This document shows, one piece after another, positions 25,291 to 37,532 of a DNA stretch of 64,000 nt. The notes under the pieces are model-generated. The model worked only from the letters and a program-made list of their open reading frames with translations. It was not told the origin of the DNA and searched no databases. Origin of the DNA: Marsupella aquatica. Taxonomy: Eukaryota > Plantae > Marchantiophyta. The DNA lies in NCBI GenBank assembly GCA_973895155.1, contig OZ316897.1:18758457-18822456 (forward strand), in the 5' to 3' direction. A program made the position numbers and the translations under genes. Numbering within the stretch: position 1 is the first letter of the stretch; each line of letters opens with the position of its first letter.

Positions 25291-25629
25291 AATTTGTATA
25301 CATCAAATGATAAAGAGAAGACTTTGTCTTTTTCCTTCTAGTTTGGGGACACCTGCATTCACTTTTTCCTTCACACCGAATATAATTCATTTGTTCTTTA
25401 TTGGTTCAACTTTTTGCAGTTTCTGTTTTTTTCACCCCAAAAGCTACTCCAAATTTGAATAACGACCATTGCATAAAAAGGCACAACCTTGTATTATAGT
25501 TCTTGATACCAGCCCCAACAAGGGAGTTGCCCAGAAATGTTGCTAAGTGGAAGTGTGACTAGAGAGACCGTCCAGGGTGTTAAGGGGAGCAGGTACATAG
25601 CTACATGATGTTAAAATAAATATTATTTA

Positions 25630-25900
25630 CCAACCCCATGGGAGGTTCTTTCCAAAATTCCTGGCTGCATGTGCAGCCACAACATCATGATTTGTCACAA
25701 ACAAGAACCTTTAGTTATGCATGAATAACCAACTTTAACTTTTTATGTTTTAGGTAAGTGAAAGAAAAACAATTAGACCCTATAACTGTAGTAACATTTC
25801 AAGTAAACAAAGAAAAGGGAAAAATAGGGTTTCAATAGGGTTGAAAGAGAATTAAATAGGGTTGAAAGAGAATTAAATAGGGTGGAAAACACTGATATAT
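25630..25900 (+). repeat. Dispersed repeat family B copy
   Basis: Matches 20570-20840; includes a local 22-bp duplication ggttgaaagagaattaaatagg. Confidence 0.6.
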
Positions 25901-26859
25901 CAATCATGAGATAGAAAAATGATTCTAAACAAACCGTGAACACATGGTGTCTAAGTTCCCCTCATGACTTTTTTCCTTTATGTTTTTTATTGAATTAAGT
26001 ATCATTAATAAGGTACATTGAATTAAGTGCACACATAAGTAGTCCCTTTGTGTCATAGCACCTGACTTACTTTTCATTGGTCATTGAGTGTACTTTTCAT
26101 TGTTCACTATGTGCTTTTTTTGCATATCCTATTCTAGTTCTACTCTCTTATTTGATCCACTTATATATCACTACAAGATAAAATATCAAGTATCTTCCAG
26201 GATGAGCATGCTATATAAGGGAGTGTCTGCATCCAAATTTGGTAAAAAATTTAGGATTTCTTAAAATTTCAAAATCTTGTAATAGAGCAACGATAATATT
26301 CTTTTAATTTTATGAGGAAAAATAGGAAAGAAAACTTTAAATATGACTCATAATATTTTTAAAGTGAGAAAACCCAGCTTTTTCTACTTTAATTTTTATT
26401 GTACCCAACGTTTCTGTTCATATAAAAATGTAGAACCCTGCTTATATTACAAGAGTTGCATAGGAGGGAATTAGAGCCAATTAAAGTGTTTTGAAAAGCT
26501 GACATGTCACTAAACCCAAAGTAGATGAATATTGTTTTTACCTTTTGTAGATTAAAAAGCTAGCACCACATGATACAAGGCTGGGAGGGGGCAGCAGGTG
26601 AACGAGGCCAACAAGTCTCTTGGCAAGTGGGCATAGGTGAAGCCCACATTGGGACAGTGGTTTGTGTGAAAGCGGATTGACTAATGAAGCTTGAACTCAG
26701 AATATCACTTGCCACAATGCAGGTTGATACTACTGGACTATGCTTCTTGGGAGGACTAAAGTCCAAGAAAACTTTGCTTTTAGATGGATCTAAGCATTGA
26801 GGGGAGCATTCAAAAATATGAAGACATACACCTTCACGTATCCTCATGTTGTGTCCCAT

Positions 26860-27105
26860 GGGTTTAGGGTTTAGGGCAACTTACAATAATTGGCAACTTT
26901 AATTTGGATGACAAATTTGGATGTGAGGATCCAATAGGCAACAATAAATGAATTTCTAGAGAATACTAGTCCAGAATGGCTGTCAAGAGGCTCCAGGCTC
27001 AGAATTGCACTAACTAGCTTAAAAGAGAAGTGACCATCCAAGGAGAAAAGCATTTCTCTCCAAATCCTAATTTTAGATGGAAGACCCTCTTGTGTAAACA
27101 TTCAT
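26860..27105 (-). mobile_element. LINE ORF2 C-terminal fragment
   Basis: LPSKIRIWREMLFSLDGHFS resembles the K.K.F.WR.L..G motif of the L1 C-terminal (zf-RVT-like) region. Confidence 0.3.
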
Positions 27106-27349
27106 GTACACAAAAAAGAGCTTTATTGTGTGAACGCTACTGTAGCTTTCAAAGTTGTTGTAGCACTAAAAACCCATAGAGCAATTCGTTTCTATGATTG
27201 CATGAAATACAATAGTTGACGACATTTCTGAGGGATCATCGATGTCTGGGCAGAACCCAGCTCTTTCCCCGAACCATTCAATGGAGCACATTTGCTGAAT
27301 GTGCTGTCGTAGTTCCATCCTGTGAGAAATATTATGGCCAAGGGATCGA

Positions 27350-27510
27350 AATCTCGTCGTGTGTGGTGAACACTTCAATGAAACCCAAATGTGCACTGTC
27401 TATGGAGATCTGGAAATCACCAGGAAACCATCTCGTCGTGTGTGGTGAACTCTTCAATGAAACCCAAATGTGCACTGTCTATGGAGATCTGGAAATCACC
27501 AGGAAACCTC
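27350..27510 (+). repeat. Near-exact ~80-bp tandem duplication
   Basis: atctcgtcgtgtgtggtgaac(a/t)cttcaatgaaacccaaatgtgcactgtctatggagatctggaaatcaccaggaaacc x2. Confidence 0.9.
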
Positions 27511-28077
27511 GAGGGTCTGTAATTGCGTTGCAAGTTCGTGCTGCCATGCATTATTTTGAGATATGCATTACGTACAAACAGTGCTCTGGCTCCAAAAGTA
27601 AAGCTGATGAGCACAGAGAAACTGCCAAGCAGCTGCGATTTGGGGTTCATGAACCATGTTTGCGGCAGAAACGAGAGCAGCTGCAACATTCATAGTTATC
27701 GTTTAAGAGCAACTTAGGATTTGCATCACGAAGCACTGTAGTTATCGATAGGTGGGGGCCGAGCTAGGGGCGGGCGGGTGACAGTATTCATTTGGGCCAA
27801 ACTAAGCCCAATGTCACGAAACATCCAGCACCAGAGCAAACGCGTAAAGTAGGCTTCGAAATCACCCGGCAGGTGCAAGCTTGATTCCCTCTCTCGCTGA
27901 AAGAGCATCAGACTTGAAAATTTCCTCAGTTAAAACGACACTCTCAGATCAAGTGGCCGGGGTGAGTCATGCATGCAAAGTTGCGGAGATGCCAGGAATC
28001 AGCTTCTTCGTTGAAAGTGCATTCATTGCAAAACTACGAGATTAGGGTGAGTCATTAACTCGGGCAAAGCTGGGGAA

Positions 28078-28780
28078 ATACTAGGAAGTAGCACACACAA
28101 CGACACTCCCAACTAATGGGAGGAGTATAACACCTTAACCCAGTGCTGCTGGTTCGAGGATAGTTCACAAGACGGCGGGCAAACTGCCGTTTGCCAAAAT
28201 GTTGGCAGTTCCTTTTTACCCTTAGCCTAACGTTTTGAAACGTCGATCAACTAGCAATGTTGTAGAGTCTATCGATAGCGAGAAGCTATTGTTAAAGTTC
28301 TTCCCATTTCCACTCTTCCCATTTCGACAATACAAATCATGCTAGGATGTGGCACACGCTACGAGGCTCCCAACTAATGGGAGTCGATCACCAGCATGCT
28401 GAAGGGTCGAGGATAGTTCACAAGACGGCGGCCCTTTGCCAAAATGTTGATAGATCCGAGCTTAAAGTTTTTAAATGTCCATCAACCAACAGTGTTGTAG
28501 GGTCTTTTGAGAGCGAGAAGCTACAGTAACTGGTCTTCCCGTTTCGACCGTGGAAAGCCTGGGGAATGCTACTATGCTAGGATGTGGCACACGCAACGAG
28601 GCTCCCAACCATTGGGAGCAGTCCAACAGCTTGCTCCCGTTTTTATCCAAGATGCTGATAGTTCGAGGATAGTTCACAAGACGGCGGGGCAAACGGCCGT
28701 TTGCCAAAATATTGACAGACCGTTTGGATGTTGATCAACTAGCAATGTTGTCGACCCTATCAAGCGAGAGATGCTAGAGT
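28078..28780. repeat. Three-copy ~250-bp tandem array with internal hairpins
   Basis: ctagga.gt.gcacac..ctcccaa....tgggag...tcgaggatagttcacaagacggcgg...tttgccaaaat at ~28080, 28340 and 28575. Confidence 0.85.
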
Positions 28781-28915
28781 ACCTGCTCTGCGCATGTCGA
28801 CGTTCGAAAGATTCCATCATCCATCCCGCCCCCTCGTCCTGTGACTATCTTAGACTGGAATCCTTGAGAGGCGTCAAATCGATGACTAGGATCCAGCGCA
28901 ACAGCACCAACCCTG

Positions 28916-29006
28916 CAATTCTGGAGGAATATCTTTCTAATAAATTGATTCCTCGAAAATCAATTCTGGAGGAATATCTTTCTAATAAATTGATTCCTCG
29001 AAAATT
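28916..29006. repeat. Exact ~45-bp tandem duplication
   Basis: caattctggaggaatatctttctaataaattgattcctcgaaaat x2. Confidence 0.9.
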
Positions 29007-31711
29007 TCTACAACAGGTGGACAACTTCCCGTCATCTCAAAATGTTGCATGCTTGCGACCTTTCTGAGCTTCAACTTTGTCGATTCTTTGCCGAGTGTCA
29101 CCATCATGTTGCCGAGCATGGGTACCATCATGCTGCTTGCAAATTGTATGCGATTACGTGTGAATTAAATCGACGGCAGACCCATCGATCCATCCATCAA
29201 TCAGACAGGAACGACCTGAAGTTCGAAGCGCGAACGCACTTTTGATCATTCAATGAAGTAATCGACTACAATGTCTTTGTCTAAAACGCCCAAAACAATA
29301 TCGATGACGTGCCCTGACGTCCATAGCAGATCTGAAACTGCACTACTAGCAGTGTCAGTGTGAGCCTAGTATTGTAGATAATCCCTCCTCCAGTAAAGTA
29401 CAGAATATTTATATATGCCTAGCTCCTTTGTGGTGCGATGTGGCCACCAATCAGAACTCGGCATTGGACCGTGTCGTCAGATGTAAAAGACAATACCTGT
29501 TCGTATGCACCGAGGCGATTCCAACACGAGATTTTGGCGATTTGGCATTTGGCCTTATGGGTCGCTAGAGTTCACGAAGCACTTCATTGAGTTCATTCAT
29601 CAGACACTGAAGACAGTTTCCTGTAGACTCTGTAGCTTCCTAGAAACTCTGGCGAGAATGGTGGCGTACTGCACGCAAAAACGCAGAATTGACCTGCTAT
29701 TTGCGCGAAAAACAAGCATCAAATTTGTCGGCCGCTGCCGGGTTCCAAGTCGCGTACTTTGGAACTTCTGTTTTTTACAAATTCGATGACTCTCCAGATG
29801 AGCAAAATTTCACGAGTGAGGTACAGACTCTGCCCATTTCTTGTCTGGGATGAATAAATGGGCAGCGTTCAGGTTGTAATCGTTGGCTGAGAGCAAAAAC
29901 AAACATCTTTAGCTCAATAGTAGGCTTTGCACCAATACTGCCTTCCGCGTTTCAGGGATATTTACGATCAATATGTTGTTTATAGCTGATCCTTGACTGT
30001 GTTGTCTCTCCCTTGTTATGGAACTATGGTTTTAGGTCTAACACCTAAGAGCATCTCCGCCCAATCCTGACAACTACAATAGCCTGGACAATGAAAACCA
30101 GAGTTGTAGCCACAACCATACAGTGAATCATAATGTGAAGAATCGTTTAATTCTCGATAGGAGAGGATTTCATTGCGTGTCACATTGGGTGCTGATGCAC
30201 TAACGAAGGGTCTTAAGCCTACTAAGTGTTGTGAGCCTGCTCTACCATTTCTGTATGAAGCCAAAAACACATTCAGGGGAACTATGATCATGATCACAGA
30301 TGTTTCTGGAATCTGGAGAAATATTATCCATGAACAAATAGCTGTCCTGCGACTTATGGGACCAGTGTTTGAATCAACACATTTGTCTTGTAACGAGGCC
30401 TAGAAGATCGGCTCAAGATTACAAACGCCGGAATCAACTTCAATTGTGAACGGAAAACCGACACACGTTGTCGTTTCCACTAATCCATGTGCGATGCCAA
30501 TCCTCGGAATAATATTTGCCTCCACGGCAATAACTCTAAGATAACCCTCTGTTTTTCTCCACCAAACTACAGTGCCTGATATAATTTAGAAGTGATTGGT
30601 GCACCCCCTATATCAAAATGACTTTTGGAGACTTGTACAGGTCAGAAAGGGAGACTGAATAGGACTTTGGTGTCAGCACTCACCCTTTTGGCTCTTCGTC
30701 CTTCCTATCTGCTGTGATTCTCCCCATTCCATACGATATCTCTTCAAATTGAGCTCGGTCATGTTCACAGCAGAAGTTAATACATTTGAGGCAGCCAATG
30801 CTCTTATCACAACAGAAGTGAAATGCCAGCAGGCCAACACGGATTAGTTGTAGCATCGATTTTTTTTGTTTACGACCAATGTCTTTTCTGCCATGAAAAA
30901 TTACTCCTTCATAGAGATGTTGTTAAATGCCGGCAGTCGTCCATTTAAGCAAGCGAAAAATTCTGCACCGAGAACAGTGATTGGGAATATTTGGCTGGTT
31001 GTGGCTAATCAGTAGTCATTGCTGGCGCAATCAAAAACAGGAGAATATGTACACTCGTCTAGCTCAAATCAAATTGAAGTACTCAGTGTAGGGACCACTC
31101 CAAAGAAATATCCTGTTCCAAACAATCTGACCAATTCGCAGCGCTTGTCTTGATTTTAGCCCATCAGCTCAGGACGAGAGAGTCACTCTTTTTGGCCACT
31201 AAATTGGCTCCAATGACGCACTATCAGCAAGCAAGCAGTCATACAAGCGGTTTCCTACAGGCCTCTCTTTCCTTCCCAGCTTTTCCTTCCCAGCTTATCT
31301 ATCCCGGGAGCATGTAAGTAAGCTAGCGAGCTTTGATGACATATATGAAATAAAATCCTCTCCTATCCTCTGCTACTGTACAGGAATGTAGTGATCACGA
31401 CTTCTATTTTCCGTTATGGCCAATCATCTTTCCTTCATCCTACTCCAAGACTGAGTGCTGATGGTCCTTTCAAGACTTCGGATAAAAACTGAAGCGCAGA
31501 TGTTGTGAGGAGAAAAGTTTGGAATACCTCTCCCTGCCTCTGTGACAACCTCTCGTCGAGACGTGTGACAATATGTCTACAATGTACTGATCCCAACGTC
31601 CAGTAAGCATATTCACCTTCTGCAATCCATTGGAGAGTTTTGGACGACACGCGCGGAGATTGTTTTTCACAAATGGACAGCAATTTACTCTCCTTCGTTG
31701 AATCCAAGCCT

Positions 31712-34233
31712 TCATGCCACAGGCATGCCATACGTCAAAAGAGTTTGTGCAATTATATCCCTCGACTTGTTGCAAAGTTCATCTGCACTCCCTCCTCGAA
31801 TTTGAGGATGGATGATAACTTTGACCTTTCCTGGCCTAAGGGTCGACTCCAGTCCGTTTGGCATCACTTCCCGGTTCCCACCAAAGCAATTGGAACAACT
31901 GGTACATTTCCTTTTGTTGCAACGTTGAAAGCACCTTTCTGGAAGCATTCAATCAGGGACTTACGTTAAACTCCAGTACAGTTGATAGTTCAGACATTCA
32001 GGTTTTCTTATGAGATCCTCAGGTTTTATGGCGCAAGGGAGAGAAGAATATTAAAGATTGGATGTGACTAAGTCAACCTGCTCATCAAAAAAGAACAAAT
32101 TGGGAATTCAATCGGAAAAGGGAGCTTGCAAGTCAAGCTGATCTAAAAGCCTTTGAACAAGAACAACCTAGGATATCTGAACCAGGGGAAGCCTTAGCAA
32201 GTGTCGTGTTTTATGAAAGAAAGGTCCTGACTATATTATGCCTAGATTATAACATTGGGCATGACAGAAGATACGAATAATGTGTACCTTGAATGCAGCC
32301 TTCTTTCCATCAGAAGTACGAGTACCTTCAGGGAAGAAGAGCACGGGCACACATATCTTCACTAATTCAATACACTTTTTCAAACACTCCTGCAAAAGCA
32401 CTTCATAGAATCACCACCTTGTTATTCTTACAGAAATTCACATGAGAGAATATGCGTGAGATTTGATTACTTCACAGCAAGTAATAGACAATGCAGTAAT
32501 ATATTCTGAAATAAAATTCACACAGCGTCTAGCCATTGTAGCAGGCAACCTGACTCGGGAAATCACTTATAGCCCATTCTTGCATGCCAATCAGTTCTAT
32601 GAACAGCCGGAGGGAAGTAATTCTTTACCAGTTGACTACGTTTGTCCATGCGGCGTAATGGCACATGACCAGTAAGATACATTGACCAGCCAATTATAAG
32701 AATCAAAAAGTTGCTTGTCTTGCTGATGAACTTGAATGGTCGTCCAAGTAGAAAGAGAGTGTAAATATCCAAGAAGCTTTGATGATTAGCGACGTAGACT
32801 GCAGGCTCATTTGCAGATGGGAGGTTTTCAAGGCCAATAATTTCTGCCTTGTAAAATAATTGAAATAGTTAACGATGCCCAGACCCTATTTACCATATGT
32901 TGTGCCTTCCGGCGGTACTTGTCAAAAACCAGTACAAATGGTTGCACTGCTAGCATGACGAAAAATAGGGGCACTGCCACAGCATATGTCCATAAGTAGA
33001 AGCAAATTGCCCGAATCCTCAAGGGAAGACTCTTGTCTGCCAATTACAGCAACTCACAAGTAAGAACAGATACACGATCATCTGCAAACGGGAAAGGATA
33101 ATTCTTGAAGTCAGACCAAACCAATTCCGCTACTATCCTTAGAAACCCGTAGGAGTTTAAAATTTGGGAACATAGGAGCCAGCCTCACCTGTAAAATTGG
33201 GAAGGTAGTCATACAGCCCATTACCCGCATCACCTGGTACAGCTGCTCCCGCCAGTTGACATGTTACTACTGCCTTTCTCCCAGTTATATGACAGGACGA
33301 GCTGCGTGAGATATCCAACCTGAACTGCCTCATCCCTTCGCCTTGTCGGAAGGCATGGCTGCTGAGGGTCAATGAGAGAGCCTTCCCCTTCCTTATACGC
33401 ATAGTCCCTGACATTGTAAGACAATTCAGAACTCTGAATGGAACTTAAGCATTCCCGAGCTAGTGAGGGTTCTAGGGAAACAATAGTGATAGCTTGCACC
33501 ACAACGACAGCCAAGTAGAGAATCTTCTTAGATAATCAATCATTGCTGACGAAATAAATGCCAAAGGAAAGATAAAAGGAACCCTCAGCTCCTGCATACT
33601 CCAGAAGTAGAGCCCAGGAACTCCGCCTAACAGGAAATATATCCACCCAACGCCACAATACGCTAACGCAACCAACACCACAGAAGTTGCACTCACTTCT
33701 TGGGACAGAAGACGATGGAAAACAACTAAAATGCTATGTAGGCATTGGTTTTCAGATTGTCAACTCTCGATTGGAGCAGTCCTCATTCTACGTGGACACC
33801 ACCACAAATTTGAACGAAATTCACAGGACCTGAGTTCTACCTCTGAAGCTCCCAAGGCGTGTCATAGAAATTTCTATGAAGCATTACGCAAGGCCCAACA
33901 CAGATTGCAGACAGGACAAATATATCTTCATGTTGGACGAAACCCTAGACTCCAACAGAGGACAACGTCATACATTCTTGATCAACCACTATTGTGACGC
34001 AGACCACAGACAAGATTCTCTTGAATGCCCACTTCTACTACACCGGAAACCCAGCTGAAATGGAAAAACAAGGGGGGGGAACGGCACCTGACAGTCCTCG
34101 AATCTCTCAAAGAGCGCCTCCAATCGAGATCCACACCTGGGCTGCAGCAGTCTACCGGGGTTGCAGCAGTGTGCCGCGCAGCAACGGATCCGAGAACAGC
34201 ACCACCGATGGTCGTAGCTGAAACCGCAGCCAT
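31712..34233 (-). pseudogene. LPAT1: Plastid 1-acyl-sn-glycerol-3-phosphate acyltransferase (LPAT1/ATS2-like), five exons, two frameshifts
   Basis: Exons 34233-34088, 33433-33189, 33036-32629, 32389-32288 and 31938-31712 have GT-AG introns and consistent phases. They encode a transit-peptide-like N-terminus, YVANHQSFLDIY, RPFKFISK, FFPEGTR and KGAF. There is a +1 nt at ~32860 (TCA A TTA TTT TAC AAG) and a -1 nt at ~31869 (GGG AA GTG ATG CCA). Confidence 0.85.
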
Positions 34234-36235
34234 CTCCCCCAACTTCCTCCAACGAACTGATAACAGAGTCGCAAAACCCTGCCCTGCTCAGCTCTGTTCC
34301 GCTCAGCTCTTCTTGGCCGAAAGCAAAGCCTCGTCCCTCGGCTGATTCGAGAAATTTGCTTGACCCCCCTCCAGACGAAATTCTTCGCCTGCTCAACAGT
34401 AACGGATGTTGCCTCGGCGCTGTAGAACCTCCTGGCATAAACCCTCCTTGTGATTTCCTTCGTAAAATCATCTAGGTGCATGGCGGTGGTCCACCAGCCC
34501 ATCCAAGAGATTACTGTAGCTCTTTATCCAAGAATCTAGATTAAAGAGATTAGCTCTTTATCCAAGAATCTTTGGTGAACACTTTGTTCCCGAGCATAGT
34601 GACACTTGTACCACCTCTATAAACAGGATACAATTTTAGATAATAGCCCAACATTTGTGTGCAGTGGTTGTTGTAGCCAGGTTGTCATTGGGGTTAGGTT
34701 GTGGCTGTATCAAGTTATGGTATGGTTGGTTGTTGTTGCTTAAATGTTTTTGGCACAGAAAATGTGTCATAGCGGAAAGTCTGTCCTTGCAAAATGCTCT
34801 TTTTGCAGAGATGGTTGCAATGTCAGTAAACTAAAATAGTGACTATCAGATGATGTCGAAAGTAAGGCATTAAATGGCATAAGTGGTTAAAGCCTTATTG
34901 TCCCCGGATTATCTAGGTTACTAAAATAAACCCAAAATGGGCTCAAAACAGTAAAAGAATGCTCTATTTTATACTCCCAGAACCTGGTGGACACTGGTGG
35001 TTTAAGGACAATGGTGTGAGGGTTGAGTTTGAAAGTGAGATACGAGAATTTTCAAGTTGGGAGACAAAGATAAGTATATAGTTGTGAGGCAGATTCACCC
35101 GGCCACAGCAACTTGGCCCCACCTCCAGAAGAAAACAAATTGGCCCCCACCCCCCAAAAGGGAAAAAGAAAAACCACCCGTCTCCAAAAAGCAGGCAATG
35201 TGAGAGGATGCTTGAGGATTCACCTTTGCCCCATGAATTACAAAATGCACTTGTCAAGCTGTTGCACTGACAAACTTCTTATTTAGCAAAATGGTTAGAA
35301 GGGCTTAATATTTGCACTTAAAAAAAAGCTTACTCAGTGTAAAGTGCAAGAAAAGAACATGAAGTTTTGCACTAAACCCAGTTTTTTGCGCTTATGGAGC
35401 TTGCTTCTTGATAGAGCCCCAACTGTATATCAAAACTAAGGTTACTATGAAGACAGCCAAAAATTGAAGCCTGGATAGACCTCCATATTGGACAGAGTGC
35501 TCCCTGGACCCCATTTTGCTGGTCCGTGAGAGTTTTGGGCTGCCTTATAACTTGATAATTATGAGTCTTAATATAACTTTATAGTTTTTCACTAGCAAGG
35601 CAACTAGAGAAAGAGGAGATACTTACAACACAAGCCCAAATATTTCATATTAACACAATAGAAATTCATCTGACTGATAGAAAATTTACGGTAGGCACTT
35701 GCATGATCAATAACTCACCAAAATGGCTAAAAATTCACTGTCACTTTGATGGAAGTGTAGCTTATCTCTCGGCTTACCTACTCCTCTAGCACATACTCCA
35801 AACTAAAAAACATCTAAATTTATGAACATCAAGGTATTACAATGAAACTCAAATCTTTGGGAAATGTAGTGTCCATGGGTGGTTACAAAGAACAAGATTG
35901 TGATCCATGGGAGCATCATTTTTGAAGTCACCCATACATATATATCCACCTGACAATCTTACTATAAAGCACAATTGCAAAGCTTCTTTCCAGGGTAACT
36001 GTCTAGAGTGAAATCTCTGGACCCTAACTCTCAATAAGGACAAAACAGAAAAATAAAGTGAACAAAAAACAGAGATGGGGCGAAGACGGACTACAAATTA
36101 ACATATAATCCTTTTTATTGCAGGATACTTTATTGTCTTAAATGCCTCTATTCATGTTCAAGGACTTAGGGGGCAAAAATTGAATTTGGAGTGGAGGTGA
36201 GAAACAGGGATGGGGGTAGAGTAGTGTGGGGAGTA

Positions 36236-36392
36236 GTGCACCACATTTGAAAATATAGATGCCTGTAAGTGAAGAGAGTTGTGGAGTAGGGCCTTTGTGA
36301 AGAGAGTCTATGGAGTAGGGTCATATGTGAAAACATTTGGTGGAGTAGGGAGTACGGGGCCGCATATGAAGAGTGTCAATGGATTAGGGAGG
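36236..36392 (+). repeat. Degenerate short tandem repeat (gtgaagagagt..tggagtaggg)
   Basis: About four copies at 36269-36390. Confidence 0.6.
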
Positions 36393-36535
36393 CTGCCTGG
36401 CAAGAGGTCAGCTGCTGTCACCGAGGGTCGGAGGCTATGGTGAAACGGCCACTGGCCTCTTCTTGAATTACTTGAAAAAAGTTTGTCCAGCTACTCTCAT
36501 GGAGAAGGAGATATTATGGGCCAGTTATGTGAACT

Positions 36536-37126
36536 CTAAGTACTTGTCGACTCCCACTCCCAGTAGATGTCATCTAAAGGGCAATCTGTGTGATGCTTCA
36601 GCCACCCACTGATGCAATGGTAATGGAATTCATGTTTGCACTCTCCACGTGCAATTCGACACCCTTCGTGCTACATTTTGAGAAGCCACACACTCAATGC
36701 AGGGTGTCCTCAACTGGTTTCTACAGAGGGCACAGTCGTCATCGGAATCCCAAGGTACGTAATGTGGTTGTGATCTTCTTTTGGCACTTGCTGCTAGCTT
36801 CAGCCATCACTGCAAGCTTGACCTCCATGTCTTCAGTGGAGATGCTTCCTTTTCCCTTGCCTCGTCCCTTGCCCATCACCTCTGTAATCTCCTTGACCTC
36901 GACAACGTCCTCCGTAGCTTTATGAGCAGAGGTGCTTGATTCACCCTTGCCCATCGCCTCTGCAGTCTCTTTGACGTTCATGTCCTCGTCGGATGCAACA
37001 GAGGTGCCCATCACCCGTGCCCATTGCCTCTGGAGTCTCCTCGACGCTCATGTCCTCAGTGGTTGCAGCAGAGGTGCTTCCATCACCCTTGCCCACCACG
37101 TCCGTGGCCTCATTACGTGCTGCCAT
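36536..37126 (-). pseudogene. RBX1: RBX1/ROC1-like RING-H2 (cullin-RING ligase subunit) gene, intronless CDS, three frameshifts, repeat-expanded N-terminus
   Basis: Manual minus-strand translation gives WDSDDDCALCRNQLRTPCIECVASQNVA, then after a shift at ~36670 EGCRIARGECKHEFHYHCISGWLKHHTDCPLDDIYWEWESTST*. This matches RBX1 [22 protein letters not shown]...[30 protein letters not shown]..W. Other shifts lie at ~37009 and ~36752. Confidence 0.85.
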
Positions 37127-37199
37127 GCTGCTGCAGGGTGCCTAGACTCCCTCTTTACTGCTCGTGGGCTCTTCACCTTCAGCTTTGCTCCAGAAACTC

Positions 37200-37532
37200 C
37201 TGTAAGATTAAAAGGCAGTGCACCAACATCTTCAAAATAACGAGATTCAGATAATCCGTTAGATATTCTAAGCCACACCTACATGCATCGACCGAGAGTA
37301 CCTCCTTGCTAAGATGAGTGGATCACTTGAAAAACACTGGAGACAGTCAGAGATACCGCAAGAGATCTCACAAACTCACACCTCTCCGCAACAAACTATC
37401 AACATAATGTACACCAGCCTGAATCAGAACTCTCAACCCTGAAATCCAAGACAGCTCAAATGAAGCATAGATAGGCTGTGATTTCATCATGCCTTGCAAA
37501 CATCAAGTGGGAGTGGGAGTCCCAGGTACCTA
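37200..37532 (-). other. Putative 5'-UTR intron of the RBX1-like gene
   Basis: Minus strand donor aag|gtaggt at ~37532 and acceptor ccttttaatcttacag| at ~37200, ~75 nt upstream of the ATG at 37126. Confidence 0.4.

Noticed and set aside
26860-26877. Telomere-like gggtttagggtttaggg (also ~6220-6237)
   Set aside because: Only about two units; too short to call an interstitial telomere
33037-33082. Apparent premature TAA in LPAT1 exon 3 if the upstream acceptor at ~33082 is used
   Set aside because: A phase-compatible acceptor (ttggcag|AC at 33036) skips it, so it was not counted as a lesion
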